Origin: Epithemia pelagica
Taxonomy: Eukaryota > Protista > Bacillariophyta
DNA length: 64,000 nt
Direction of reading: 5' to 3'
NCBI GenBank assembly: GCA_946965045.2
Contig: OX337230.1
Span: forward strand, 1,736,001 to 1,800,000
Every line of letters starts with the position of its first letter. The stretch's first letter is position 1. Below the pieces are notes generated by a model. It had not been told where the DNA came from. It ran no database searches and saw nothing but the letters and a program-made list of their open reading frames with translations. Below, piece after piece: positions 10,573-20,778 of the stretch. Position numbers and translations under genes: made by a program.

Positions 10573-13500
10573 ATGCCAATGAGACCGGTCGCGGTTACCG
10601 TGGCCCAGGACATGGACAATGGTGTCCATGTTTCTGGAAGGACAATGGACAGAGAGACGATGACTGGCACAGAGGATGACTCTCCACCACCTCCAGCACC
10701 AAGGGTGGTGCTGCACAACCCATACAAAAGGAAACCCAGTGAACAGGAGGGCATGGGTTGCCAAAGCCAACGACGAAACAACCAAACAAAACGGGCGAAA
10801 TCGTTAGCACAACACCAAACAAGCAACAAGAAAAGGAAACAAAAAGAGGCAAGGGAATTGAGACAGCTCACAGTGGAAAAGAAAAAGGCCTTTGAGCCTG
10901 AAAGGGACTGCAAGATCTGCAGTGCCAAGAGGCTTGGGACGAAGCCACCCAAACGACCACACCACGTCTTCTGCCCGAGAAACACAAAGACAAGAGGCAT
11001 ACCAGACCACTTGGTAGAGGCCATGAAGGAAGAAGAAAGGCTCAAGAAAGAGGCAAACAAGGAGGTCACTTACAACCCAATCATCATGACCCAAGAGGAC
11101 TTTAACCTCTTCTTCCAACTCAACAATAAAGCAGTTTGTGATGCTTCAAACGAAGCCACAACCATAACGGCGGCGGATATTGAGATTTCAAGTAAACGGG
11201 GAGGAAGGAAGAACTGTGTTGCGCGCACGGACGCTCTCATCAATAACAAAGTTTTGTCTTCGGTTGGGTCGGCGGAGTATGTCTTTATGAAATCGGTACT
11301 CAACAAATATAAAGAAATCACGCCAGACAGTTCGATTACATGTCCGAAGATGATTTTCGCGCTGGCCAAGACGATCGCTGAAACTTGTTTAGAGAAGAAG
11401 CGTGACCTGTCGTCACTTAAGGCATACATGCGCAACATGGAGTTCTGTGTGCCCGACGTGCGTGACAACAACAATGCCCTGTGGGACTCAATAGTAGGGT
11501 GCAAATTATACATTGTGGATTGGGGGCTATTTCTACCGGAAGAATTTAAAAATATTGGGCTCAAGTGTCCGAAGTGTAAGACTTGTACACTAAAAAGAGA
11601 CCGCACAAACCTGTCCAGGAGTAAGAGTTTGTTCCCGATTTTTAATCTTGGTGGTGCTCCACACTACGCCCTGGTCACGAACTACTACTGCCCGGAGTGC
11701 AAGGTGACGCATGCCGGCAACGACGGCGCACTTCTGAACATGATGCCCTCACATTTTCAGAAATGGTACCCAGTCAAGGCAAAGTGGGCTCGAGGTGCAC
11801 AGCACTTGGATGTCATCTCTACAACCATGATTGAGGAGTTGATGATCACCCATGGGAATGGAGATCTCGTCAGTGACCTAATATATGCTGCAATCAATCG
11901 TGATTATAGAGACAGGGTGACTAACTATATGTCCTTTTGTGACTCTACACATCAGAGGGCCCACGACTATCCAGAGAAAGATGGAGAATGGTTGACCAGG
12001 TTCCCTCCATTGGGCGAAACCATCCGAAAAGCCTATCTAGAGGCCAGTCAGAGCACCTGGAATCCGTGGAGATTGAGTGACAAAGACAGGCACACGCGCG
12101 AAATACAAGCAGTCAAATGCTCGACAAGCTTTGCTCAAGATCATACTTACCAAGTTGTAAAAAATTATCCCAAAAGGATACAAGCCGAGGCCCTGTTTGA
12201 TTGTTGTAATGAACATGGGGAAGTGCTCTTGGCTGTTCTTGTCAAAAGTACAGAAACCAAGCATTTCTCACACGCCGCAACCCAACTGGCCAAGCGACCA
12301 GGATTCCGACCATCTATCATGTATTCGGACACCTTCCCGCACAAAAAAGGCTATTGGGAGGAATTGTTGGGTAAAGGCAAAGAAGGGAATAATGTCCAAG
12401 GTAGACTGGGCCTGTTCCATTTCATTCGCCGAATCACCAAGACCATGCGTCCGAGTCACATAGACTATGGTGATGCAATGCGTGACCTCCTCGACTGTCT
12501 ATACGAGTATGACGACGGCGACTTTGGCAGACTCGTGACAGCCCTAAAGAATGGAGAAATGTCGGCAACAGGTGAGAAGTACAGTGACAAAGGCATTGCA
12601 GAGATGCGCCAAACAAAAACCTTTCGACAAAGGTATGGAAAGTACTTACGGAAGAAGATTCGGGGGAAACAGGCCATCACAACAAAACTAGAAGAATGGA
12701 AAACCAAGTACAAGGTGAGAGCTTCCGAGGGTTCGAGTCCAGCACGAGGGAGGCTTGATCCGCGTACACAGCAATCTCTGTTCACTGCTGAAACGCACCA
12801 GGCAATCGAAAACTGCAAAAACAAAGCGGAGTTCTTGTCGGATCCACTGCCAACAAAGAAAATGTATCGTGAGATCAAGGCCCATCCCAATTCAAAGCAC
12901 GGGTTGAGTGAGTTTGTGTCTTACCGTGGTGAAAGTAAGCTCGAATCGTGGCACGACAACCTTGCCCATTTTGGGAATGGAGGTATGAACGAGGCACTCA
13001 GCGATGTGCTGAATCTCTGTGGAACAGCACGATACAACAAGAAAATACGACAAAACGTCCGTTTAGCCAATCTCAATTCGCAACAACGCAACAAGAACAT
13101 GCCTGCAGCATGGGAAGGAGTTGTGAGTCACTGGAATCACTGCGAGTTGGCATTCATCAACAAGCTTGCCGTTCGCTGCGGGGCAAAGAAACCGTTCGAC
13201 TACGTGGAGGACTTACCGGACGACAACGGTGAACGCTTCTTCTCGGAATATCTCTCAATCCAAACAGAGATCCAGCAACAATGGCCGCTCCAATTCTTCC
13301 ACAATGACCACTGTCCCTGCAATGGCTGTTCCAGTTATCTCCACAATAAAACACAACTTGCAATTGAAGAAATGAGAGACGATCATGAAGACAACAATGA
13401 TGACAACAACAACGGACAGCACGACGAGGAAGATGAATCAGATGAAGAGCAAGACATGAATGAAGAAAAAGAAAAGGAGAGTGACAGCGAAGATATCAAT

Positions 13501-13947
13501 ATGGCAGAGGAGGAGGGTGAGACAAACAGTATGCAAGCTGAATCATCTCCAGTGGCCGCCCATTTCCAGCCTGCAAAGAATCCAAATGCAACAACAACAA
13601 CAACAACAACAAACATTACCATGCCTCCAACACAACAACAAATGATCCAGCACCAAGCGGTGCCATCCATGCAACACAACCAGACCAAGGTCTATCACTA
13701 CCAGCAGCAATTGCTGCAGCAGGCAGCTTTCTTGTCCACGATCCTCTGCCAGCAAACAACGGCCGTGCCCAATCCGGCCCATCAACAAATACTGCTGCCA
13801 AATCAACCACCACCACAATTCCCCCCGCAACTTCCAACCAACAACTGTTGCATCCGCAACATTCAGTACTGGAATCGCCCCAATCGAAGGGGCATCCCAC
13901 CGCATGACAAATCATGCCGAAACCATGCGAGCAATCGTCTGTGTTGA
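10573..13947 (+). CDS. Large DDE transposase-like protein (MULE-related architecture; resembles DUF6729-type proteins)
   Basis: Intact 1124-aa ORF. N-terminal CxxC..HH..C knuckle and CPKC / YYCPEC zinc ligands; ordered motifs AQDHTY, CCNEHGEVL, MYSDT, LGLFHFIRR and YRGESKLESWH consistent with D-D-(xxH)-E; acidic and Q/T-rich tail; C-terminal CC..PPH..C. Element ends not found. Confidence 0.7.
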   Translation: MPMRPVAVTVAQDMDNGVHVSGRTMDRETMTGTEDDSPPPPAPRVVLHNPYKRKPSEQEGMGCQSQRRNNQTKRAKSLAQHQTSNKKRKQKEARELRQLTVEKKKAFEPERDCKICSAKRLGTKPPKRPHHVFCPRNTKTRGIPDHLVEAMKEEERLKKEANKEVTYNPIIMTQEDFNLFFQLNNKAVCDASNEATTITAADIEISSKRGGRKNCVARTDALINNKVLSSVGSAEYVFMKSVLNKYKEITPDSSITCPKMIFALAKTIAETCLEKKRDLSSLKAYMRNMEFCVPDVRDNNNALWDSIVGCKLYIVDWGLFLPEEFKNIGLKCPKCKTCTLKRDRTNLSRSKSLFPIFNLGGAPHYALVTNYYCPECKVTHAGNDGALLNMMPSHFQKWYPVKAKWARGAQHLDVISTTMIEELMITHGNGDLVSDLIYAAINRDYRDRVTNYMSFCDSTHQRAHDYPEKDGEWLTRFPPLGETIRKAYLEASQSTWNPWRLSDKDRHTREIQAVKCSTSFAQDHTYQVVKNYPKRIQAEALFDCCNEHGEVLLAVLVKSTETKHFSHAATQLAKRPGFRPSIMYSDTFPHKKGYWEELLGKGKEGNNVQGRLGLFHFIRRITKTMRPSHIDYGDAMRDLLDCLYEYDDGDFGRLVTALKNGEMSATGEKYSDKGIAEMRQTKTFRQRYGKYLRKKIRGKQAITTKLEEWKTKYKVRASEGSSPARGRLDPRTQQSLFTAETHQAIENCKNKAEFLSDPLPTKKMYREIKAHPNSKHGLSEFVSYRGESKLESWHDNLAHFGNGGMNEALSDVLNLCGTARYNKKIRQNVRLANLNSQQRNKNMPAAWEGVVSHWNHCELAFINKLAVRCGAKKPFDYVEDLPDDNGERFFSEYLSIQTEIQQQWPLQFFHNDHCPCNGCSSYLHNKTQLAIEEMRDDHEDNNDDNNNGQHDEEDESDEEQDMNEEKEKESDSEDINMAEEEGETNSMQAESSPVAAHFQPAKNPNATTTTTTTNITMPPTQQQMIQHQAVPSMQHNQTKVYHYQQQLLQQAAFLSTILCQQTTAVPNPAHQQILLPNQPPPQFPPQLPTNNCCIRNIQYWNRPNRRGIPPHDKSCRNHASNRLC

Positions 13948-14753
13948 GAAAAAATAAAAATAGTTAGTGAAATGAAAAAAGCAACATGATTCGGGCACCA
14001 GCAGTGCTTGAGCACTTACCATGGTGCTGTTACCGGAAACAGAAGAACGAAAGAAAACAGTATTGGCAAGAACACAACAACAGTAGTGAGAAAACCATCG
14101 TCCAAGAAATAATGAGCTAGAGGAAAATGAGCAACCACTTCCGAAATCCTGCCGTAGCTAGGCTTACCTTGTACCAGTGGTACGAGACTTCTACGCACTC
14201 TTTTGTGGTGAATGCTAATATCTTCGCTGGAGAAGCAATCGGGCATATGTGAGTATGACACTGTTTACCTTAAGCAAAAGACAGTCGCTTCAGGCACTTG
14301 CCGTGGACTCATACGTACTGTGGTAGTGGGGATCTGCCAAATCCCCTCCTTCCTGCTTCGTGGTCCACCACGCACTCACCACACATTGCACACATGGGCA
14401 GAAACAGTGACAAAGACAACAGCCAATTAGATCACATTCTGATAGCGGCAATCGCACGTTCTCGACGAAGGGAATCTTACCATAATTTCTTCCTTCTTTT
14501 TCTTTTTTCCTTTTCTTCTTCTTTTTTTCTCCTCCTTTTTTCCCCTCCTCTTCTGTAAGATCCCCCTATATTTTCCGTCATGGGTGGGAAAACAACAAAG
14601 ACTAGAAAGAATTTTTTTAGCTCAAGAGTCGAAATTCAGTACTTTTCACCAAAAGCTTCCCACGTTAGGCAGAAAACGCCGGGCCAACCCCTATTCAAAA
14701 CCATTCAGCCCCGAAGAAAAACAATGATCGAAGAACGGTCATCCATTGTTTTA

Positions 14754-14772
14754 TCAATCCATTAAATAAAAA
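14754..14772. repeat. Left target-site duplication of the LINE (19 bp)
   Basis: TCAATCCATTAAATAAAAA is identical to 23592-23610; the boundary inside the A run is slightly ambiguous. Confidence 0.92.
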
Positions 14773-14976
14773 AAAAATAATAATAACGCAATGATTAGTT
14801 TAACGATAAACTGCCGAAGGCTTTAACGTCGCTTGTGTACCTAGGGGAGACGAATCCCGCCCGGACAAGTCGACCAATTGAAACATGAAAAAAGGAGGAA
14901 ATGGAAGATGTGAAAAAGAGTAAAATGCACACAGTCGAGAACACAACACATCGAGAATAGGGGCGCTCCACCCGGG

Positions 14977-17900
14977 CTAGGAAGACGAAGCCCGTGGCTG
15001 GAGGAAAAAGGACCGAAAGGCGCGCTGTTGTCGTCGCAGGGACCGAGCAGCAGCAGAGACAATCGGAGTAGAAAGCCGACGAAGAAAAGCCTGTTGGATG
15101 TGAGGCGGATCTTGGAGACGGCGCTCCAAGGGACGGCGAAAAAGGAGACGTAAAAGAGGAGTAGAACGGAGAGGGCCCGAATACGCCAGTCGGATGGCGT
15201 CCTGACGCTCCGCGTGGAGGCGGAGAGCCCCGTTGGCATGGTAAATCGCGTTGCGATGTTCCCATTGGTCCCACGAGGTGTTCCAAATCTGCTGGATGAG
15301 CAACGCAAGCCACCGTCGACCGGAGTACCTTTTCCCGAGGAATCTATAATGCGCTTGTTGTATTTCTGCCCAGTGGTTCGACCAAAATCCCATGACTGCA
15401 GCCGTCCATCCCATTTGTGCTTGGTCTGTCACCGCTTCCCGCAAACCAGGAACGGACGTAAAGGGAGCCACGTACTCCGTGTCCTCAACCCATGCGCGCA
15501 GATGGTCTAAAATGAACCGTGCCACCGTGGGCTGGGTGTGCCGTAAGGCCATCCATCGGTCAAGGCGGGCCAATGCCTCATGCCAGAGAGCTTTGGCCTC
15601 CGGATGGGAACACTGAAGGACATGATCCGCCGACTCCACCGCTGCGCCACACCGGGGGCATCGAGGGTCGCGCCACTTCCGACGCCGAACCATCTCGACG
15701 CCCACTGCCGAGCGAGTCGCCGTATGCTTGATCACCCAGTGGCGGCGGTTTTGTTGGAGTTGTCCGAGGGCGAGGGAGCGAGCAGCCCAATCAACCGACG
15801 ACGAGGGAGCCCGACCAAATCGTTGGAGTCTCTGCCAATGATCGACCAATGGTGGCCGAAGGACGTGTTCCCGGATGGTAGCTGCCAGGGAGGAAACCAC
15901 CTCCTTTTCGCCCACAGAGAGCGAAGGGAGGGGCGCGGTAGGAAAAGACGGGAAGCAATTCGGAGAAACAAGCGAGTACACTGCCGAGGCACATGAATCC
16001 ATGTAAATATTCCGTCGCGCCCATATATCCAATTGAGCAGTACCCTGGTCCTGATGCCCTTTGACGTGGAACCCATGCCAGTGGATTGCTGGGAGGCCAT
16101 CTAAAAGAAAGCGGCAGTAGGACAACAGGTCCCAACTGTGATCCGCGACAGTAGCCGGAGTGGGTCGACGGAATACTCTGCCCAACACCGAGTCGCTATC
16201 CGTTGCAAAATGGACAGTGCCCTGGAGGTCTGGCACCCAGCGGGCGACACAGCGCAAAAGGGACGCGATCCCAATTACTCCAGCCAACTCACTTCGAAAG
16301 GAACAATGGGCCGCAACTGGGCCAGGAATACGAAAACCGGCGGCGAGGACGGCAACCTCAGAATCAGTCGTCGCGATCCCCCAGGCACAAGTACCAGCCA
16401 CGGATTCCCGAGCGGAGCCATCCGAAAAAGCAGCCAACTGACCCAAATGGAGGGCCGACACGATACGCGACAGCACCGCGTCCGAGGGCGGGATAAACCA
16501 AACCGGAGTCACTTGAGCCAAGACCGGACAACCCCAATCAAAAGAGACAGGGGTTGAAGGGGGAGGGGGGAATAAGACGGACAGGTCCACAGGGACTGAG
16601 TCGGTGTACAAAAGGATCGGCGATGCAGATGGGCCATAGATGTCGGCTGCAAATAAGGGAGGATACAAGGCCAAACTAGCAACTGACAAATATTTTGGAG
16701 AGAGATCAAAAACGGGGCGACCACGAAGAGAAGGGCGTGCAATCGCCAGCTGCCAGATGCCATCCCCGCGGGGAAGGCACAGTCGGTTCCAATGGGGACA
16801 AAACAACGCTAAAGAGGAAAGGACGGACGGGACCTCCCAAGACCCCAGAGTCGTAACCACTCGACGAAAACGGGCCTCCACCCCAAAGGTAGACATTAGG
16901 GCTTCCCGCCATTCATGCCAGGCAAGGGCAGATGTCGGCGGGGAACGAGGCCACCATTCAAGATGCGGTCGGCGGCTGCACGGACCGGACCCAGTCCAGG
17001 CGTCCAGAAGGATATACCGCCCATCAACCGAAGTGATATCAGCTAGAGTAAAGGCTCGAAGGAACATACGACACGCGTTGAGCCGGGCCAGGGCAGTAGG
17101 ATTGCGAATACCAGCCGACCAAAAAGCCGCCATGAGAAAGGAGTCACCCGCGCGTAATATAGGGATGGCCGGAATGGGAGATGAGAGCGCGACGGAGTAG
17201 CGAGAACAAAAAGACCATAAGCTCGTACACCACGTGGGCACCGCGCATTTGGACCAGTCCTGGAAATTTAACGCAAGGGGATTACCTGCAGTGCCCAACT
17301 CCAGCTGCAGAAACTCAAGGGTGTTGCGAAGGAGGAAGCCGGTAATAGACGATTCAGAGTGTCCAAAAGAGATGAAGGCCGTCAGGTGAGCAATAGCTTG
17401 CTCCACGTACAAGTCAGGAACCGCAAACCCACCCGTCACCTGAGGACCGTGGACCACGGGCCGCGGCATCGACCGAACAATGTGCGAGCGACTGAGGCCA
17501 ATCTTCAGTAGCGGAGAGCAAAGTGATCGGCATTCAGCTTCGGAAAACGTCGTAGCAGCTAGTGGGTATTGGAGCGTTTTGAAGATACCGGTGTGGAGTG
17601 ACATCCAGACGAGGTGGTGGGGCAAGGTCCTGACGCAAATCCGTTCGGTCCAGTTTTTAACTTTCGACTCCAAATAGGCATATTCCGCTTTCATGCTACC
17701 ATCAGGCGCCGTCCAAACCCCGAGCGTTTTGCGAGCCTCCATGGGAGAAACGCGCTCAATAGGAACTACGCGGCCGGAAGGTGACCGTATCCGCAAAGTG
17801 GCAGGAGAGTCAGCCGGAGCTACCAAGCGCCACTGGCCGTCATGCCAACGATGATCCACAAGGTACCAGTGGCATTTGGCCGGCGACAACGCACCACCAG

Positions 17901-20778
17901 AGGCCCGAAGAGACGCCTCCCAAAAGTTGGCACTAGCTTGGAGTCGCTCGGCCACCTGAGTCGCTGTCGCGGAAGCAGACACACCATCGACGACCAGGTC
18001 TGTGTCGTCCACGAACGCATAGCCCACGAACAAAAAGGACGAGCCCGAATGGGGGGAGCGAAGAAAAAGACCATAACCGCGTTGCCTCATAGCATTGAAA
18101 ATCGGGGTACTGACGACCGCCCAAATTGCGGGTCCAGCCCCATTGCCTTGACCGATGCCTTGGACCGGAACCAAGTGCCCAGCAGCCGAGAAAGATGTCG
18201 TTGAGTCACCATACGCTGTACGAATAAAGTGGCGAAGGTGTTGGATCGGCCCCAACGACGCGTCTACCAAAGAGGGAGGAACACCACAGCGCTGCATGGC
18301 TAACCCCGCCGAGCTATGGCCAATACGGTCGTAGCACGACTTCGCGTCGTTGGAACACAGACCACCGGGACGGCGTGTTTGTCGCATAAGGTCAAAGGTT
18401 AGAACCTTGTTCAAACACTGGTAAATGGCGCTATGGCCTCGCCGACTGCCATACTGTTCTGGGGCTAACAAGGAATTCGCCTCGGCGTATCGCATCATCG
18501 ACCGCCCCATCAGCTTGTTGTTGTGGTTAAAGTCAGCTTCGTACAGAAGAATGGTACGAAGCTTGGAGACTTTAACCACGCCGGGTTTCTTCTCCAACAT
18601 TACATTCAACCCTTGTTGCCACCGGACCGGAAGGTACCCAGAAATAGAGGGAATCCGGCCCAATGCGGCGTCCACCGAACCCAAGGACGGCGAGAGACTA
18701 TTAGCCATGAAATGGCCAAAATGAAGACCTGAAGGACCGGAGGCGGTATACTCGTCCATCTTCTGCCACGAGGCACAGTAAGCCGGAGTACGAAAGTCAA
18801 GATCAAATGGATGAGGCGCGACGAGTACAGAGGGTCGGCGGTGGTGGGAGAGGTAAACCGCGGCTTCTGGGGAGATGAGATCAGCCACACGCGAAGGATC
18901 CCCCGAGGTCAATAACTGGTCGGCATAGGCCGAAGTACCGGTAGGCCCCAAAGCCTGAACAAGGGCGGGTTGTAAAAGATCCGTATCAGACGCCTGGCGG
19001 AACCGTCGATTGTTTTCCGCGAGACAACCAGTTTCCATCCCATCACGGTCTGTCCTGGTCACCCAAGCACCGTCCCATTCGCCGTCCACCCAGGCCCCGG
19101 GGCCCGAGGGGAGCTGAACTTCTGTGAGGCCTTTCCGAGACGTAGGAGCAAGAACTTGGCGGAGAGTCCGAGCATCCTGGCGCTGTTGCTCACGGCGGAG
19201 AAGGTTGGCTAAGCCGGATTTGGCCGAATCCCAACCCGCAGCGGCGCGTGCGTCTATCAGAGAATGGAGGAAGGCCTGCCGAGCGTGGGGAGCATCTCGC
19301 TTGAGCCGTTTGTATTCGGCCCAAGCCGTCTGCCTGTGCAGCAGGATTTCATCCACCGGCATGCACGAGGGAAGTTCAAGACCGGCTTTGGTGGCCAACC
19401 GACGGAGAAATTTCGGACTCACATGGCGCCCAATCGCCGAAGTGTACAGCCGGTCCCAGAAACGGTGAACTGCCAGTGCACGCGCTAAGATAGGAGACCA
19501 CGGAACAGCACCCGTCCGCAGTTTCCGGCATTTGCTGTCGGCCAGAAAGATGCCTTGAACACGGAGAGCATCGAGTCGTTCCCATTCCAGCGCCTGCTCC
19601 TCAGAGAGTGGCCCAGTTATTGACTGTTCCAGGAGAAAGGTACGGCGCTGAACATCATGCTGGGAGTAGAATTCGTGGAGGGTTGTTTGGTACCGACGAA
19701 CAACGCGCGGGTCCCGACACTGGAGGCGACGTGCGACGCGTGGAGCGACAGGGGCCGACATGACACCGAAAACCTCAACCAAGGGGATGTCTACCCACAG
19801 GGCGCGATGATCCCCAGGGGCCTCACCAAAGGAGAAATATCCGCACTGGCTGCCCGTCAAAGAGGGGGACGACCCGAACATAGCATCAATAGGTCGCGAC
19901 CCACGGTTGTGGGTCGGTGGTGCAGTAGCTCTGTCATGACGATGGAAGTGAAGGTTAGGCATGGAAAACGGAGCCATAGCTTGGTCGACCACGTTGGCTG
20001 GCGTCCACAGCAGGGGTTCGTTGGCGTCAAGGGCCAACAAGATCTGTTCCCCAGAATCGTAGGCCGACTGAAGCATCACCTGGAGGTCGTCGAGAAATAG
20101 TTGCCGTGGGTCCCCAAGTCGGGGAGGGTCGGAAGATTCAAAAACCCGAGAGTGCTGATTCCACGTTGAGCCCGCGTCACGGGGATTGAGAACCGGGCGA
20201 TACGCGCTGACAATGCGTAATAAGGAGCCATGGTGACCCCGTAAGCGCACCCAGACCCACCGGCCAAGGCCGGACGGGTCACTGCCCGACCCACACACCC
20301 GCCCTGTATGACTATCCCGGACCAACAAACCCACGCCACCGCGTTGTAAAGGGGAGGACCAATCGCGGTCAGTGTGCCACGCTACTTTGGTGAAGGTAGA
20401 CTGAAACCACGGGCGTACTAAATGGGAGAATTGTTGTTCTTCTTGTAGGTTGTGCCAGGCAATATTTAGTTCCGAAAGGCACAGGACATCGATTTTGTTG
20501 TCAATGATAAAAGCTTGGAGTTCCGCGTATTTGGGGTGTGTAGCCTGCAGGGGCAGACCAGACACATTTTGCGCCACCACACGGAGAATTTGATCTGATG
20601 GAGAAGTGGCTAGGGGGTCCCCCCACTCCTCAGAGACAGAGGGGGAGGAAAGGGGCCTTATTGCAGTCCTCTCGGTGTCCCGGGTCGTAAGGTGCGAGCG
20701 CCGGGACGAGGTGGAGGGACTAATGGCCCTGCCCCGTCGCCGAGGGCGGGGTCGACGGGGAAGCGGAAGAAGCCGAGG
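14977..20778 (-). CDS. LINE ORF2: AP endonuclease, reverse transcriptase, RNase H, C-terminal CCHC
   Basis: APE: QNVSGL, LSELN, SAYRP, LDANE, THNRGSRPID, GDHRAL. RT: KLRTILL, SNDAKSCYD, QGIGQG, FVDDTD. RNase H: FSDGS, RSELAG, TDSDS, HVKGHQD. CPRC..ESADHVLQC. The frame is open from 20778 but has no ATG before the endonuclease domain. Confidence 0.93.
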   Translation of the reverse strand, partial: PRLLPLPRRPRPRRRGRAISPSTSSRRSHLTTRDTERTAIRPLSSPSVSEEWGDPLATSPSDQILRVVAQNVSGLPLQATHPKYAELQAFIIDNKIDVLCLSELNIAWHNLQEEQQFSHLVRPWFQSTFTKVAWHTDRDWSSPLQRGGVGLLVRDSHTGRVCGSGSDPSGLGRWVWVRLRGHHGSLLRIVSAYRPVLNPRDAGSTWNQHSRVFESSDPPRLGDPRQLFLDDLQVMLQSAYDSGEQILLALDANEPLLWTPANVVDQAMAPFSMPNLHFHRHDRATAPPTHNRGSRPIDAMFGSSPSLTGSQCGYFSFGEAPGDHRALWVDIPLVEVFGVMSAPVAPRVARRLQCRDPRVVRRYQTTLHEFYSQHDVQRRTFLLEQSITGPLSEEQALEWERLDALRVQGIFLADSKCRKLRTGAVPWSPILARALAVHRFWDRLYTSAIGRHVSPKFLRRLATKAGLELPSCMPVDEILLHRQTAWAEYKRLKRDAPHARQAFLHSLIDARAAAGWDSAKSGLANLLRREQQRQDARTLRQVLAPTSRKGLTEVQLPSGPGAWVDGEWDGAWVTRTDRDGMETGCLAENNRRFRQASDTDLLQPALVQALGPTGTSAYADQLLTSGDPSRVADLISPEAAVYLSHHRRPSVLVAPHPFDLDFRTPAYCASWQKMDEYTASGPSGLHFGHFMANSLSPSLGSVDAALGRIPSISGYLPVRWQQGLNVMLEKKPGVVKVSKLRTILLYEADFNHNNKLMGRSMMRYAEANSLLAPEQYGSRRGHSAIYQCLNKVLTFDLMRQTRRPGGLCSNDAKSCYDRIGHSSAGLAMQRCGVPPSLVDASLGPIQHLRHFIRTAYGDSTTSFSAAGHLVPVQGIGQGNGAGPAIWAVVSTPIFNAMRQRGYGLFLRSPHSGSSFLFVGYAFVDDTDLVVDGVSASATATQVAERLQASANFWEASLRASGGALSPAKCHWYLVDHRWHDGQWRLVAPADSPATLRIRSPSGRVVPIERVSPMEARKTLGVWTAPDGSMKAEYAYLESKVKNWTERICVRTLPHHLVWMSLHTGIFKTLQYPLAATTFSEAECRSLCSPLLKIGLSRSHIVRSMPRPVVHGPQVTGGFAVPDLYVEQAIAHLTAFISFGHSESSITGFLLRNTLEFLQLELGTAGNPLALNFQDWSKCAVPTWCTSLWSFCSRYSVALSSPIPAIPILRAGDSFLMAAFWSAGIRNPTALARLNACRMFLRAFTLADITSVDGRYILLDAWTGSGPCSRRPHLEWWPRSPPTSALAWHEWREALMSTFGVEARFRRVVTTLGSWEVPSVLSSLALFCPHWNRLCLPRGDGIWQLAIARPSLRGRPVFDLSPKYLSVASLALYPPLFAADIYGPSASPILLYTDSVPVDLSVLFPPPPSTPVSFDWGCPVLAQVTPVWFIPPSDAVLSRIVSALHLGQLAAFSDGSARESVAGTCAWGIATTDSEVAVLAAGFRIPGPVAAHCSFRSELAGVIGIASLLRCVARWVPDLQGTVHFATDSDSVLGRVFRRPTPATVADHSWDLLSYCRFLLDGLPAIHWHGFHVKGHQDQGTAQLDIWARRNIYMDSCASAVYSLVSPNCFPSFPTAPLPSLSVGEKEVVSSLAATIREHVLRPPLVDHWQRLQRFGRAPSSSVDWAARSLALGQLQQNRRHWVIKHTATRSAVGVEMVRRRKWRDPRCPRCGAAVESADHVLQCSHPEAKALWHEALARLDRWMALRHTQPTVARFILDHLRAWVEDTEYVAPFTSVPGLREAVTDQAQMGWTAAVMGFWSNHWAEIQQAHYRFLGKRYSGRRWLALLIQQIWNTSWDQWEHRNAIYHANGALRLHAERQDAIRLAYSGPLRSTPLLRLLFRRPLERRLQDPPHIQQAFLRRLSTPIVSAAARSLRRQQRAFRSFFLQPRASSS

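Noticed and set aside
14016-14450. Possible small spliced gene on the minus strand with several GTAAG-like donors
   Set aside because: No consistent exon chain or recognisable protein could be assembled.
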